Shown here piece by piece: positions 9,980-18,815 of a stretch of 64,000 nucleotides of DNA. This DNA comes from an uncultured delta proteobacterium. GTDB taxonomy: Bacteria > Desulfobacterota > Zymogenia > Zymogenales > Zymogenaceae. Each line of letters opens with the position of its first letter. The first letter of the stretch is position 1. The DNA is taken from the NCBI GenBank assembly GCA_963848155.1, contig CAWKCL010000006.1:595528-659527 (forward strand), given 5' to 3'. A program made the position numbers and the translations under genes. The notes under the pieces were generated by a model. It saw nothing but the letters and a program-made list of their open reading frames with translations, made no database searches and had not been told where the DNA came from.

Positions 9980-11698
9980 ATGGCGCAAAAGGTATCTCAG
10001 AAACAGCCACCAAAGAAAACCGCCGACAAACCCTGGTTTAAATTCTACCCAAAAGGCGTTCCCCGAACGATCGACTACCAGAAAATCGCGCTGCCCGACG
10101 CGTTCCGCAAAACCGTTGCGGAATTCCCGAAGCATAAGGCCCTCACCTACCTGGGAAAGATCATCACGTTCGCCGAACTCGGCGATATGGTGGATCGGTT
10201 CGCGACGGCAATGGCCGCCATGGGCGTCAAGAAGGGGAGCCGCGTGGCCACGCTCCTTCCCAATATCCCCCAGATGGTCATCGCCTATTACGGGGCGATG
10301 AGCGCCGGGGCAAGCCTCGTCCTGAACAATCCCCTCTATACCGATCGGGAGCTCGAACACCAGCTCAACGACTCCGAATCCGAGTATCTCGTGACGCTTG
10401 ACCTCCTGGCGCCCCGGATGATCGCCCTCAAGCCCAAGACAAAAGTCAAGAAGATCATCATCTGCCACATCAACGACTACCTCCCGTTCCCGAAAAAGCA
10501 GCTCTTCCCCCACGTGAAGAAGGGGATGTTCGTCAAGATCGCTCCGTCGCCGGATATCTATGAGTTCGTCGACCTGATCAAGTCCACGAAGCCCAATCCC
10601 CCGCAGGTCAAGATAGGCTTCGATGACCTTGCCACCTTCCAGTATACCGGGGGCACCACCGGCGTTTCGAAAGGCGTTATGCTGACCCAGTCCAACCTCT
10701 CCTGCAACCTCCAGCAGATCCGGTCCTGGTTTCCGTGCTTTGAAAGGGGAAAGGAGATCCAGATGGGGATCCTGCCCTTCTTTCACTCTTTTGGGATGAC
10801 CGCCGTAATGAACCTATCTATGTATATGGGATGGAACATCATCCTGATCCCGCGGCCCGAACCGTTGGCGATTTTGGAGGGCATAAACCAGTACAAGCCG
10901 ACGTTCATGGCGGCGGTCCCCACGATGTTCGTCGGTATGCTCAGGCACCCGGACATAAAGAAATATAACCTCTCCTCCCTCAAGGGATGTTTCTCCGGCG
11001 CGGCGCCGCTGGCCATGGAGACGATCAAGGAGTTCGAATCGACGACCGGAGCCCAGATCTGCGAGGCCTACGGCCTCTCGGAGACCTCTCCGGCCGCCAC
11101 GATCAACCCCTTCGGGGGCAAGACCAAGGTCGGAAGCATCGGGCTGCCGATCCCGGATACCGACGTGAAGATCGTCGATCTGGACACCGGTAAGACCGAG
11201 ATGAAGCTCGGAGAGCCGGGTGAGGTCATTGTCAAGGGGCCCCAGGTCACCAAGGGCTACTACAAAAAACCCGAGGAAACCAAGCTCGCCATCAAGGACG
11301 GCTGGCTCTATACGGGCGACATCGGCATCATGGACGAGGAAGGCTATATTTCCATCGTCGACCGCAAGAAGGATATGATCATCGCCGGCGGCTATAACAT
11401 CTACCCGCGCGACATCGACGAGGTCCTCTTCGAGCACCCGAAGGTGGCCGAGGGCTGCGCCATCGGCGTCCCCGACCCCTATCGCGGAGAGACGGTCAAG
11501 GCATTTGTCGTCCTCAAGGAGGGCCAGACCGCGACGGAAGACGAGATCATCTCGTTCTGCAAGCAGAAACTGGCCGCCTACAAGGTGCCCAGGATCATCG
11601 AGTTCATCCCGAGCCTCCCCAAGAGCGCCGTTGGCAAGATCCTCAGAAAGGAGCTCAGGCAGATGGAAGTGGAAAAGATGGCAAAAGAGAAGAAATAG
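9980..11698 (+). CDS. fadD: Long-chain-fatty-acid--CoA ligase (copy 1)
   Basis: YTGGTTGVSKG, YGLSET, GWLYTGD, DRKKDMII, PKSAVGK; AAGGAG RBS before ATG 9980. Confidence 0.93.
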   Translation: MAQKVSQKQPPKKTADKPWFKFYPKGVPRTIDYQKIALPDAFRKTVAEFPKHKALTYLGKIITFAELGDMVDRFATAMAAMGVKKGSRVATLLPNIPQMVIAYYGAMSAGASLVLNNPLYTDRELEHQLNDSESEYLVTLDLLAPRMIALKPKTKVKKIIICHINDYLPFPKKQLFPHVKKGMFVKIAPSPDIYEFVDLIKSTKPNPPQVKIGFDDLATFQYTGGTTGVSKGVMLTQSNLSCNLQQIRSWFPCFERGKEIQMGILPFFHSFGMTAVMNLSMYMGWNIILIPRPEPLAILEGINQYKPTFMAAVPTMFVGMLRHPDIKKYNLSSLKGCFSGAAPLAMETIKEFESTTGAQICEAYGLSETSPAATINPFGGKTKVGSIGLPIPDTDVKIVDLDTGKTEMKLGEPGEVIVKGPQVTKGYYKKPEETKLAIKDGWLYTGDIGIMDEEGYISIVDRKKDMIIAGGYNIYPRDIDEVLFEHPKVAEGCAIGVPDPYRGETVKAFVVLKEGQTATEDEIISFCKQKLAAYKVPRIIEFIPSLPKSAVGKILRKELRQMEVEKMAKEKK

Positions 11699-11711
11699 AG
11701 CGCGACATACA

Positions 11712-11743
11712 CCCCCGCGGGAAGACCGGGTCTTCCCGCGGGG
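11712..11743. terminator. GC-rich 14-bp hairpin between the fadD copies (no U tract)
   Basis: CCCCGCGGGAAGAC-CGG-GTCTTCCCGCGGGG. Confidence 0.5.
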
Positions 11744-11989
11744 AGTCCATTCCCTCCCCGTGAAAACCGACCGACAAGCCCCGCCACAGACTGAAACTGA
11801 ACAGACGCGCCGCCCGCGCAGGCCGGATGCCCGCGCCGCTCCCGCTCACGGCCTATTTCTATAATTCCATCCATTCCGTCCATTCCCATATGCCCGCCGG
11901 TTTTAATGAAAAAGGCTTTGCTTTTTGTGTAATTTGGATTACAATACGCACGGATTTTTCCGGTTTCGTTACATTATAGGAGGTTCTCA

Positions 11990-13723
11990 ATGGCAAAAGA
12001 CCCAAAGGCCGAAAAGAAAAAACAGGCCGCCGGGCAGTCCGTGAAAGCGGATACCAAAAAAATGCCCTGGCTCGATTCGTACGTTTCGGGAGTCCCCAAG
12101 ACCATGACGTATGAGAAGCTCACGCTTATCGAGGCGTTTCGCCGCACGGTAAAGGAGTTCCCGAACAGGCCCGCCCTCACCTTCATGGGAAAGGTGATCA
12201 GCTACAAAGAGTTGGGCAACCTGGTCGATCGGTTCGCCACCGCGATGGCCGCGATGGGCGTCAAGAAGGGAACGAAGGTGTCCACGCTCCTTCCCAATAT
12301 CCCGCAGATGGTCATCGCGTACTACGGCGCCATGGCCGCGGGGGCAACGCTGGTCCTCAATAATCCCCTCTACACGGATCGCGAGCTCGAGCATCAGCTC
12401 AACGATTCCGAGTCGGAATACCTGATCTCGCTGGACCTGTTGGCTCCCCGGATGATCGCCCTCAAGCCCAAGACGAAAATCAAAAAGATCATCTTCTGCC
12501 ACATCAATGACTATCTCCCCTTCCCGAAGAAGCAGCTCTTCCCGCACGTGAAGAAGGGGATGTTCAAGCAGATCGAGGAGACCGCCGATGTCATCGATTT
12601 CGTCGGCCTTATCAAGAAGAACAAGCCCAATCCGCCCAGCGTGAAACTCTCCTTCGATGACCTCGGGACGCTGCAGTACACCGGCGGCACCACGGGCGTG
12701 TCCAAGGGCGTTATGCTCACCCACGGCAACCTCTCCAAGAACGTCCAGCAGATCACCGTGTGGTTCCCGTCATTCCTCAAGGGCAAAGAGACCTCGATGG
12801 GGGCGCTCCCCTTCTTCCACTCCTTCGGCATGACCACCGTCATGAACCTGTCGCTGTATAACGGATATAACATCATCCTGATCCCCCGCCCGGAGCCGCA
12901 GGTGCTCCTGGAGGCGATCGACGCCTACAAGCCGTCCTTCCTGCCGCTCGTCCCCACGCTTTTCGTGGGAATACTCAGGCACCCCGACCTCAAGAAATTC
13001 AATCTCAAGTCGGTCAAGGGCTGTTTCTCGGGCGCGGCGCCGCTGGCGTTGGAGACCATCAAGGAGTTCGAGGCCGCTACCGGCTCCCAGATTTGCGAAG
13101 GGTACGGCCTGTCCGAGACGACCCCGGTCGTAACCATCAATCCCTTCGGCGGGAAGACGAAGGTCGGCTCGATCGGCCTGCCGGTGCCCGATACTGAAAT
13201 CAAGATCGTCGATTTGGATACCGGTAAGAAAGAGATGAAAGTCGGGGAACCGGGCGAGCTCATCATCAGGGGACCGCAGGTGACCCAGGGCTACTACAAG
13301 AAGCCCCAGGAGACCAAGGCCGCCCTGAAAGACGGCTGGCTCTTTACCGGCGACATCGGCACGATGGACGCGGAAGGCTATTTCTATATCGTCGACCGCA
13401 AGAAGGATATGATCATCGCCGGCGGCTATAACATCTACCCGCGCGATATCGACGAGGTCCTCTACGAGCACCCGAAGGTGGCCGAGGCCTGCGCCATCGG
13501 CGTGCCCGACCCCTACCGGGGAGAGACGGTCAAGGTCTTCGTCGTCCTCAAGGAAGGCCAGACGTCCTCGGAGGAGGAGATCATTAAGTTCTGCAAGGAA
13601 AAACTGGCCGCCTATAAAGTGCCCAAGCTCGTCGAGTTCGTGCCGACCCTGCCCAAGAGCGCCGTTGGCAAGATCCTGAGGAAAGAACTCCGCCAGATGG
13701 AGCTCGACAAGATGAAGAAGTAG
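11990..13723 (+). CDS. fadD: Long-chain-fatty-acid--CoA ligase (copy 2, tandem paralogue)
   Basis: Same AMP-binding motifs; long stretches identical to copy 1. Confidence 0.93.
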   Translation: MAKDPKAEKKKQAAGQSVKADTKKMPWLDSYVSGVPKTMTYEKLTLIEAFRRTVKEFPNRPALTFMGKVISYKELGNLVDRFATAMAAMGVKKGTKVSTLLPNIPQMVIAYYGAMAAGATLVLNNPLYTDRELEHQLNDSESEYLISLDLLAPRMIALKPKTKIKKIIFCHINDYLPFPKKQLFPHVKKGMFKQIEETADVIDFVGLIKKNKPNPPSVKLSFDDLGTLQYTGGTTGVSKGVMLTHGNLSKNVQQITVWFPSFLKGKETSMGALPFFHSFGMTTVMNLSLYNGYNIILIPRPEPQVLLEAIDAYKPSFLPLVPTLFVGILRHPDLKKFNLKSVKGCFSGAAPLALETIKEFEAATGSQICEGYGLSETTPVVTINPFGGKTKVGSIGLPVPDTEIKIVDLDTGKKEMKVGEPGELIIRGPQVTQGYYKKPQETKAALKDGWLFTGDIGTMDAEGYFYIVDRKKDMIIAGGYNIYPRDIDEVLYEHPKVAEACAIGVPDPYRGETVKVFVVLKEGQTSSEEEIIKFCKEKLAAYKVPKLVEFVPTLPKSAVGKILRKELRQMELDKMKK

Positions 13724-13753
13724 TATATACTCGCTTCGTTGCTTAAAAAACCG

Positions 13754-13787
13754 ATAGGGGCGCGGATCAAACCGCGCCCCTATTTTT
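13754..13787 (+). terminator. Rho-independent terminator
   Basis: ATAGGGGCGCGG-ATCAAA-CCGCGCCCCTAT-TTTT. Confidence 0.85.
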
Positions 13788-13873
13788 CTGGGACGGCAGA
13801 CTGCGCCCTCTTCGGCCGTTGGTCGAAAAAGGCTTCACTTTTTTACGCCGATGGATTACAATAAAGCCAAATA

Positions 13874-14752
13874 ATGAACGTACGGATAGCGCGGGCCGCG
13901 GCGATTGTTATCGTTGCCCTGAGTGCGGCCGTCTCGTCATGCCGGGTCCCGTTTGCCGATTCGGTTGTCCTTATAAAGGGCACGGTCCATGCCGAGACCG
14001 TCACGCTTTCGGCCGGGACGTCCGGCGAAGTCTCGCGAATCACCAGGGGCCCGGGCGACCGGATATCGGCGGGTGAGTTGTTGGTGCGGCTGGACGCGGA
14101 CGATTCCGCCGGAGAACTTACCAGGGCAAAGGAACGCCTCGCCGAGGCCGGCAAACAGGAAAAGGCCGCCAAAGACGAGCTTGACCGGACAACGGGGGAG
14201 GTTTCCTATTCCCGCGGCAGGTACCTGACCTTTTCGTACCTGCTCAAGAAAGGGGCCGTGGCCACCAGGGAGGTGGACCGGCTCAGGGACGAGTGGGATT
14301 TTGCCGAGGAGCAGAACAGGAAGGCGGTGGCCTACTATGAGCGCGCCGAGGCGGAGCTTGCCGAGGCCCGGGCCGATCTCGCGAGGACCGAGACGGCGTA
14401 CGGCTCCGTCTTCATTACGGCCCCCACCGACGGCTTCCTGACGCGCCTCATGACCTGGGAGGGGGGTTACCTCCTCAAGGGAGAAGAGGCGCTGATGATC
14501 GCCCGCGAAGGCGACGTCTATTTCACCGGCGAGCTTGCCGGTGAGGGAGCGATCTGGCTCGGAGAGGAGGCCACGGTCGTCCCGCTGGCCGTCCCGACGG
14601 GCGGGATAACCGGGTACGTCGCCGCAATTACGGACGCCGGCGCCCGGGGACGAGCCTCGCGGATCGTGACCGTGCGGCTCTTCCCGGAGTCCAGGAAGGA
14701 CGTGGCCAACATCGGGAAAACGGCGTGGGCCTTACTCGGAGCCGACCGGTGA
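13874..14752 (+). CDS. HlyD-family periplasmic adaptor (membrane fusion protein), no adjacent partner
   Basis: N-terminal anchor, GDRISAGELLVRLD lipoyl half, coiled-coil hairpin, ITAPTDG. Confidence 0.82.
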   Translation: MNVRIARAAAIVIVALSAAVSSCRVPFADSVVLIKGTVHAETVTLSAGTSGEVSRITRGPGDRISAGELLVRLDADDSAGELTRAKERLAEAGKQEKAAKDELDRTTGEVSYSRGRYLTFSYLLKKGAVATREVDRLRDEWDFAEEQNRKAVAYYERAEAELAEARADLARTETAYGSVFITAPTDGFLTRLMTWEGGYLLKGEEALMIAREGDVYFTGELAGEGAIWLGEEATVVPLAVPTGGITGYVAAITDAGARGRASRIVTVRLFPESRKDVANIGKTAWALLGADR

Positions 14753-14935
14753 CCGCCCGGTCACGACGACGGTCTTGATGACGACGCGCCCGGCCCTGCC
14801 GCATAGGGAGACCTTGACGTAACGGATGCCGCATTGACCCTGCTTTTTATGCGGATAGCGATACGATATTTCGATACCAACCCGCCCGAAGACGCGTTGG
14901 GCGTGTCGCCGGGTGCACGGTAACAAGGAGGTGCT

Positions 14936-15319
14936 ATGGAACTGATTGGATTTGCCCTCGTCCTTTTTTTCGTCGGCCTGTTTGTTGCGGCCACCGTCAT
15001 CTCGGCAATCTTTATATGGATCGGCACTAAGATCGCGCGCGTTTCGGGGGCCACGTTTGGCAAGGCCTTTTGGGCGGCCATCGTTACGAGCTTTACCGTC
15101 TGGGCCCTGACCGGTATCGCCTCGACCCTCTTCGGTTTCGGGACGATCGCCGGGTGGATCCTGGGCGTTCTCATCACGCTCGGACTTCTCAAGTGGATCT
15201 ATAAGACCACGTGGGGAAAGTCGTTTTTGACCTGGATCTTCTGCGGGCTTGCCCAGGTATTGGTGCTGGTCGTCGCGATAGTCCTGGCGCTCACCGGCGT
15301 CGTGGTCCTCTTAATCTAA
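14936..15319 (+). CDS. Hypothetical 4-TM membrane protein
   Basis: AAGGAGG RBS, four hydrophobic segments. Confidence 0.8.
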   Translation: MELIGFALVLFFVGLFVAATVISAIFIWIGTKIARVSGATFGKAFWAAIVTSFTVWALTGIASTLFGFGTIAGWILGVLITLGLLKWIYKTTWGKSFLTWIFCGLAQVLVLVVAIVLALTGVVVLLI

Positions 15320-15404
15320 TTGATCTAATCGATCGAATCGGGGGTGCCGCCGGGAGGCCGACCCCCGCCGTACCACGGGCCGATGGCGCGCCTCCCGGTC
15401 ACGG

Positions 15405-16217
15405 ATGACCATGAAACAGATTGCGGAGTTCCCCCAGGCTGCGGCCAACGGCCTCCTGGGAGTATTCTTTGACATCGACGACACGTTTACCCTCGCCGGC
15501 AAAATCCCCGCCGCCTCTTTTTCGTCCCTCTGGCGGCTTTCGGCCGAGCGCCTCTACTGCGTCCCCATCACGGGGCGCCCCGCCGGCTGGTGCGATCACA
15601 TCGCCCGGATGTGGCCGGTGACCGGCGTGGTCGGGGAAAACGGCGCCCTTTACTTTTACTACGACGCCGCCGAGAAGCGGCTGAAGAAGCGGTTCTTTTT
15701 CCCCCCCGACCGGGCCCGGGAGACCCGTGACCGCCTCATGGCCGCGGCAGACGATGTCCTTTCTGCGGTGCCCGGAACGGCGCTTGCCTCCGACCAGCCG
15801 TATCGCCTGTTTGACGTGGCCGTCGACTTCACGGAGGACGTTTCGCCCCTCTCCCGGGCCGACGTGGACCGGATCTGCGACATCTTTGCCTCTCACGGGC
15901 TCACCTATAAGGTCAGCTCGATTCACGTCAACGCGTGGCTGGGGGACTACGACAAGCTCACCATGGCGAGGATCTTCTCACAGGAGGTCCTCGGGATAGA
16001 CCTCGATGAGCATCGGGATCGGTTCGTCTTCTTCGGCGATTCGCCGAACGACGAGCCGATGTTCGGGTTCTTTCCGCTCAGCGTCGGCGTGGCAAATGTC
16101 GCCGGCTTTTTGGACCGGATGAAGAGCCACCCCGCCTATGTCACTGAGGGCGAGGGCGGAATTGGGTTTGCGGAAGGCGTCGATAGTATCCTAAAAAAAC
16201 GGCGCGATAACCCTTAG
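15405..16217 (+). CDS. HAD-IIB family hydrolase/phosphatase
   Basis: FDIDDT motif I, ITGR motif II, GDSPNDEPMF motif IV. Confidence 0.9.
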   Translation: MTMKQIAEFPQAAANGLLGVFFDIDDTFTLAGKIPAASFSSLWRLSAERLYCVPITGRPAGWCDHIARMWPVTGVVGENGALYFYYDAAEKRLKKRFFFPPDRARETRDRLMAAADDVLSAVPGTALASDQPYRLFDVAVDFTEDVSPLSRADVDRICDIFASHGLTYKVSSIHVNAWLGDYDKLTMARIFSQEVLGIDLDEHRDRFVFFGDSPNDEPMFGFFPLSVGVANVAGFLDRMKSHPAYVTEGEGGIGFAEGVDSILKKRRDNP

Positions 16218-16299
16218 TTATTCGGCTCCCGATATCGCGTCCGAAAGCGGCGGCGCCCGCCGCTTGTATTACAGGAAGGAATAGCTGGAGGAGTTTTTT

Positions 16300-17985
16300 A
16301 TGTGGATCGAGAAATTTTCCCCCACCTCGTATCGGTCGATATTCAAATGGGGCAACCCCCGCGGCTTTCACCATCCCGATGAGAGGCTCGTGTCGTTCAT
16401 CAAGGAGGTCTTCGGTATCACCGACAAAGACCTCGAAAACCTCCGGCTGACCGGCACCGACGAGGTAAAGCTGACCAAAAAGCCGAGGCTTTCGGACGCC
16501 GACGTCAAAAAGATCACGGCCATCGTCGGCAAGGAGAATATCAACGCGTCCGACTACGAGCGGGCGCGCCACGCCGTCGGCTACACCTATCTGGACGCGA
16601 TACACCTCAGGATGGGCAATATCAATCATCCGCCGGATATAATCGTCTACCCGAAAAACGAGGCGGACGTCGTCAAGCTTGTCGACTTCTGCGCGAAACG
16701 GCACATCCCCATCACCCCCTTTGCCGGCAGGTCGTCGGTCACCTTCGGCGTGGAGCCGGTCAAGGGCGGGATCTCGCTTGACCTGACGCGGCACATGAAC
16801 AAGGTCGTTAAGATCGACGAGACGAGCTTTACCGTAACGGTTCAGCCCGGCATCTTCGGCCCCGCCTTCGAAAAGATCCTCAATAGCTACCGGAGCGGCC
16901 GGATACCGTCCGGCTTTACCTGCGGGCACTTCCCCCAGTCCTTCGAATACTCGTGCGTGGGCGGCTGGGTCATGACCCGCGGGGCAGGGGGCCAGTCCAC
17001 CGGCTACGGAAAGATCGAGCACATGGTCATCTGCATGCGGGTGGTGACGCCGAGGGGCGTCATCGTGACAAAGAAGTTCCCCGCCGACGCCATCGGCCCC
17101 GATATCGACCAGATCCTCATGGGCAGCGAGGGCGCGTACGGGGTCATGACCGAATGCACCATGAAGATATGGCCCTACCGCCCGGAGAACCGAAAGATGT
17201 TCTCCTGGTTCTTTAAGGACTGGGACGAGGGCCTTGCCGCCATGCGGGAGATCATGCAGGGAGAATTCGGCTTCCCGTCCATGCTGCGGCTGTCGGACGC
17301 CGAGGAGACCGATATCGCCATGAAGCTGCAGGGGCTGGAAGGCTCGGCCGCCGATAAACTCCTCTCGCTGTTGGGATATAAACCGGGCAAACGGGTGCTG
17401 CTGTTGGGCTCCACCGAGGGCGACAAGGATCACGGGAAGCTCATCGTCAGGAAGTCCAGGAAGATCGCCCGGAAGCACGGCGGGTTCCCCCTCGGGGCGA
17501 TCGCCGTCAAGGGTTACTGGAAACGGCGCTACAACGACCCCTACATGCGGGAAGACCTGATGGACATCGGGATTATCTCCGATACGCTTGAGACCGCCTG
17601 CTCGTGGGACAACATCAGGCACGTATGGCAGGAGGTCAGGAAGGTCATCAAGAAGCGCCCGAGGACGGTGCTGATGGTCCATGCCTCCCACGCCTACCCC
17701 ACCGGGGCCAACCTCTATTTCATATTCCTGTCGCCCGTAAAACGCGGTAACGAGATCGAGGATTACACCCGGTTCCAGCACGCGATCATCGACGCAATCG
17801 TGAAGGCCGGGGGCAGCCTCTCCCACCACCACGGGATCGGCAAGCTCTTTGCCCCCTGGTACGAGGCCCACGTCGGCCCCGTCGCCTTCGGGATGCTCAA
17901 GGCGATCAAGGAATACCTCGACCCGGGCTATATCCTCAACCCGGGCGGGACGCTCGGGCTGGACGCCAAGAAGACGAAGAAGTAA
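16300..17985 (+). CDS. FAD-linked oxidoreductase, alkyl-dihydroxyacetonephosphate synthase-like
   Basis: GHFPQSFEYS, TRGAGGQSTGYG, GSEGAYG, DTLETA, SHAYPTGA, SLSHHHGIG, ILNPG. Confidence 0.88.
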   Translation: MWIEKFSPTSYRSIFKWGNPRGFHHPDERLVSFIKEVFGITDKDLENLRLTGTDEVKLTKKPRLSDADVKKITAIVGKENINASDYERARHAVGYTYLDAIHLRMGNINHPPDIIVYPKNEADVVKLVDFCAKRHIPITPFAGRSSVTFGVEPVKGGISLDLTRHMNKVVKIDETSFTVTVQPGIFGPAFEKILNSYRSGRIPSGFTCGHFPQSFEYSCVGGWVMTRGAGGQSTGYGKIEHMVICMRVVTPRGVIVTKKFPADAIGPDIDQILMGSEGAYGVMTECTMKIWPYRPENRKMFSWFFKDWDEGLAAMREIMQGEFGFPSMLRLSDAEETDIAMKLQGLEGSAADKLLSLLGYKPGKRVLLLGSTEGDKDHGKLIVRKSRKIARKHGGFPLGAIAVKGYWKRRYNDPYMREDLMDIGIISDTLETACSWDNIRHVWQEVRKVIKKRPRTVLMVHASHAYPTGANLYFIFLSPVKRGNEIEDYTRFQHAIIDAIVKAGGSLSHHHGIGKLFAPWYEAHVGPVAFGMLKAIKEYLDPGYILNPGGTLGLDAKKTKK

Positions 17986-18049
17986 GGGCCGCCGGGAGTT
18001 TCGTCCCGGACGGCGGTAACAGTCTCTATCTACACGAGGAGAGGGAGCC

Positions 18050-18700
18050 ATGAAACAGATCGCACGCGTAACGCTGATTTTGTTGTGTCTGACGGCGCTT
18101 GTGCCCTGCCTGGTTTTCGCGGAGACCGCCGACCAGTGGAACGCCAAGGGGCTCGAATACCTGGCAGCCGGCAACCTCGATAAGGCGCTGGAGTGCTACA
18201 ATAAGGCCGTCAAGGCCGATCCCCGCTACCCCTACGCCTATATCAGCAGGGCCTGGGTCTATAACCTCACGGGGGAATTCGCCAAGGCGATCCCGGACGC
18301 CACGAAGGCCATCGATCTGAAACCCGCCTACTACCTGGCCGAGGCCTATAACAACCGGGCGTGGGCCTACTGCGGCCTGGGCAAATACGCGGAGGCTCTG
18401 CCCGACTGCGACACGGCGATCCTGCTCGACCCGGCACTATCCTACGCGTTCAACAACCGGGGATGGGCCCTCTGCGGCCTGGGGCGCTACCGTGAGGCCC
18501 TTGACGATATCGACAAGGCCATCGACCTTGAGCCCAACGAGTTCCTCTCGTTCTCCTACGTCAACCGGGGCTGGGCATACTACGGGCTGGGTGAATACGA
18601 CGACGCGCTGGACGATTATGAAAAGGCGTGCGAGATGGGTAACCAGTTCGGCTGCGAGGCGTACCGCGACCTGAAGGCAAAGATCGACGACCTGGATTAG
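18050..18700 (+). CDS. Exported tetratricopeptide-repeat protein
   Basis: Signal peptide; ~5 TPRs (AYNNRAWAY...A..D...AI.LDP); C-terminal ACEMG...C. Confidence 0.9.
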   Translation: MKQIARVTLILLCLTALVPCLVFAETADQWNAKGLEYLAAGNLDKALECYNKAVKADPRYPYAYISRAWVYNLTGEFAKAIPDATKAIDLKPAYYLAEAYNNRAWAYCGLGKYAEALPDCDTAILLDPALSYAFNNRGWALCGLGRYREALDDIDKAIDLEPNEFLSFSYVNRGWAYYGLGEYDDALDDYEKACEMGNQFGCEAYRDLKAKIDDLD

Positions 18701-18815
18701 CGGGCGGCGCGTTTACCCCGGGGCCGGGCGTGACCGGGCGGCGTGAGCATACTCCATAGGCCCGCCGCAGCCCGGCCCAATCCTTACTACATAGTACCAT
18801 TCGTGAGGAGGTGCC

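Noticed and set aside
11863-11890. (TCCAT/TCCGT)n micro-repeat upstream of the second fadD
   Set aside because: Short low-complexity tract with no evidence of function.
16141-18174. 677-aa antisense ORF, and similar long shadow ORFs opposite uvrA, gyrA, hppA and vWA
   Set aside because: Expected from high GC3 on the coding strand; no motifs; fully overlap well-supported genes.
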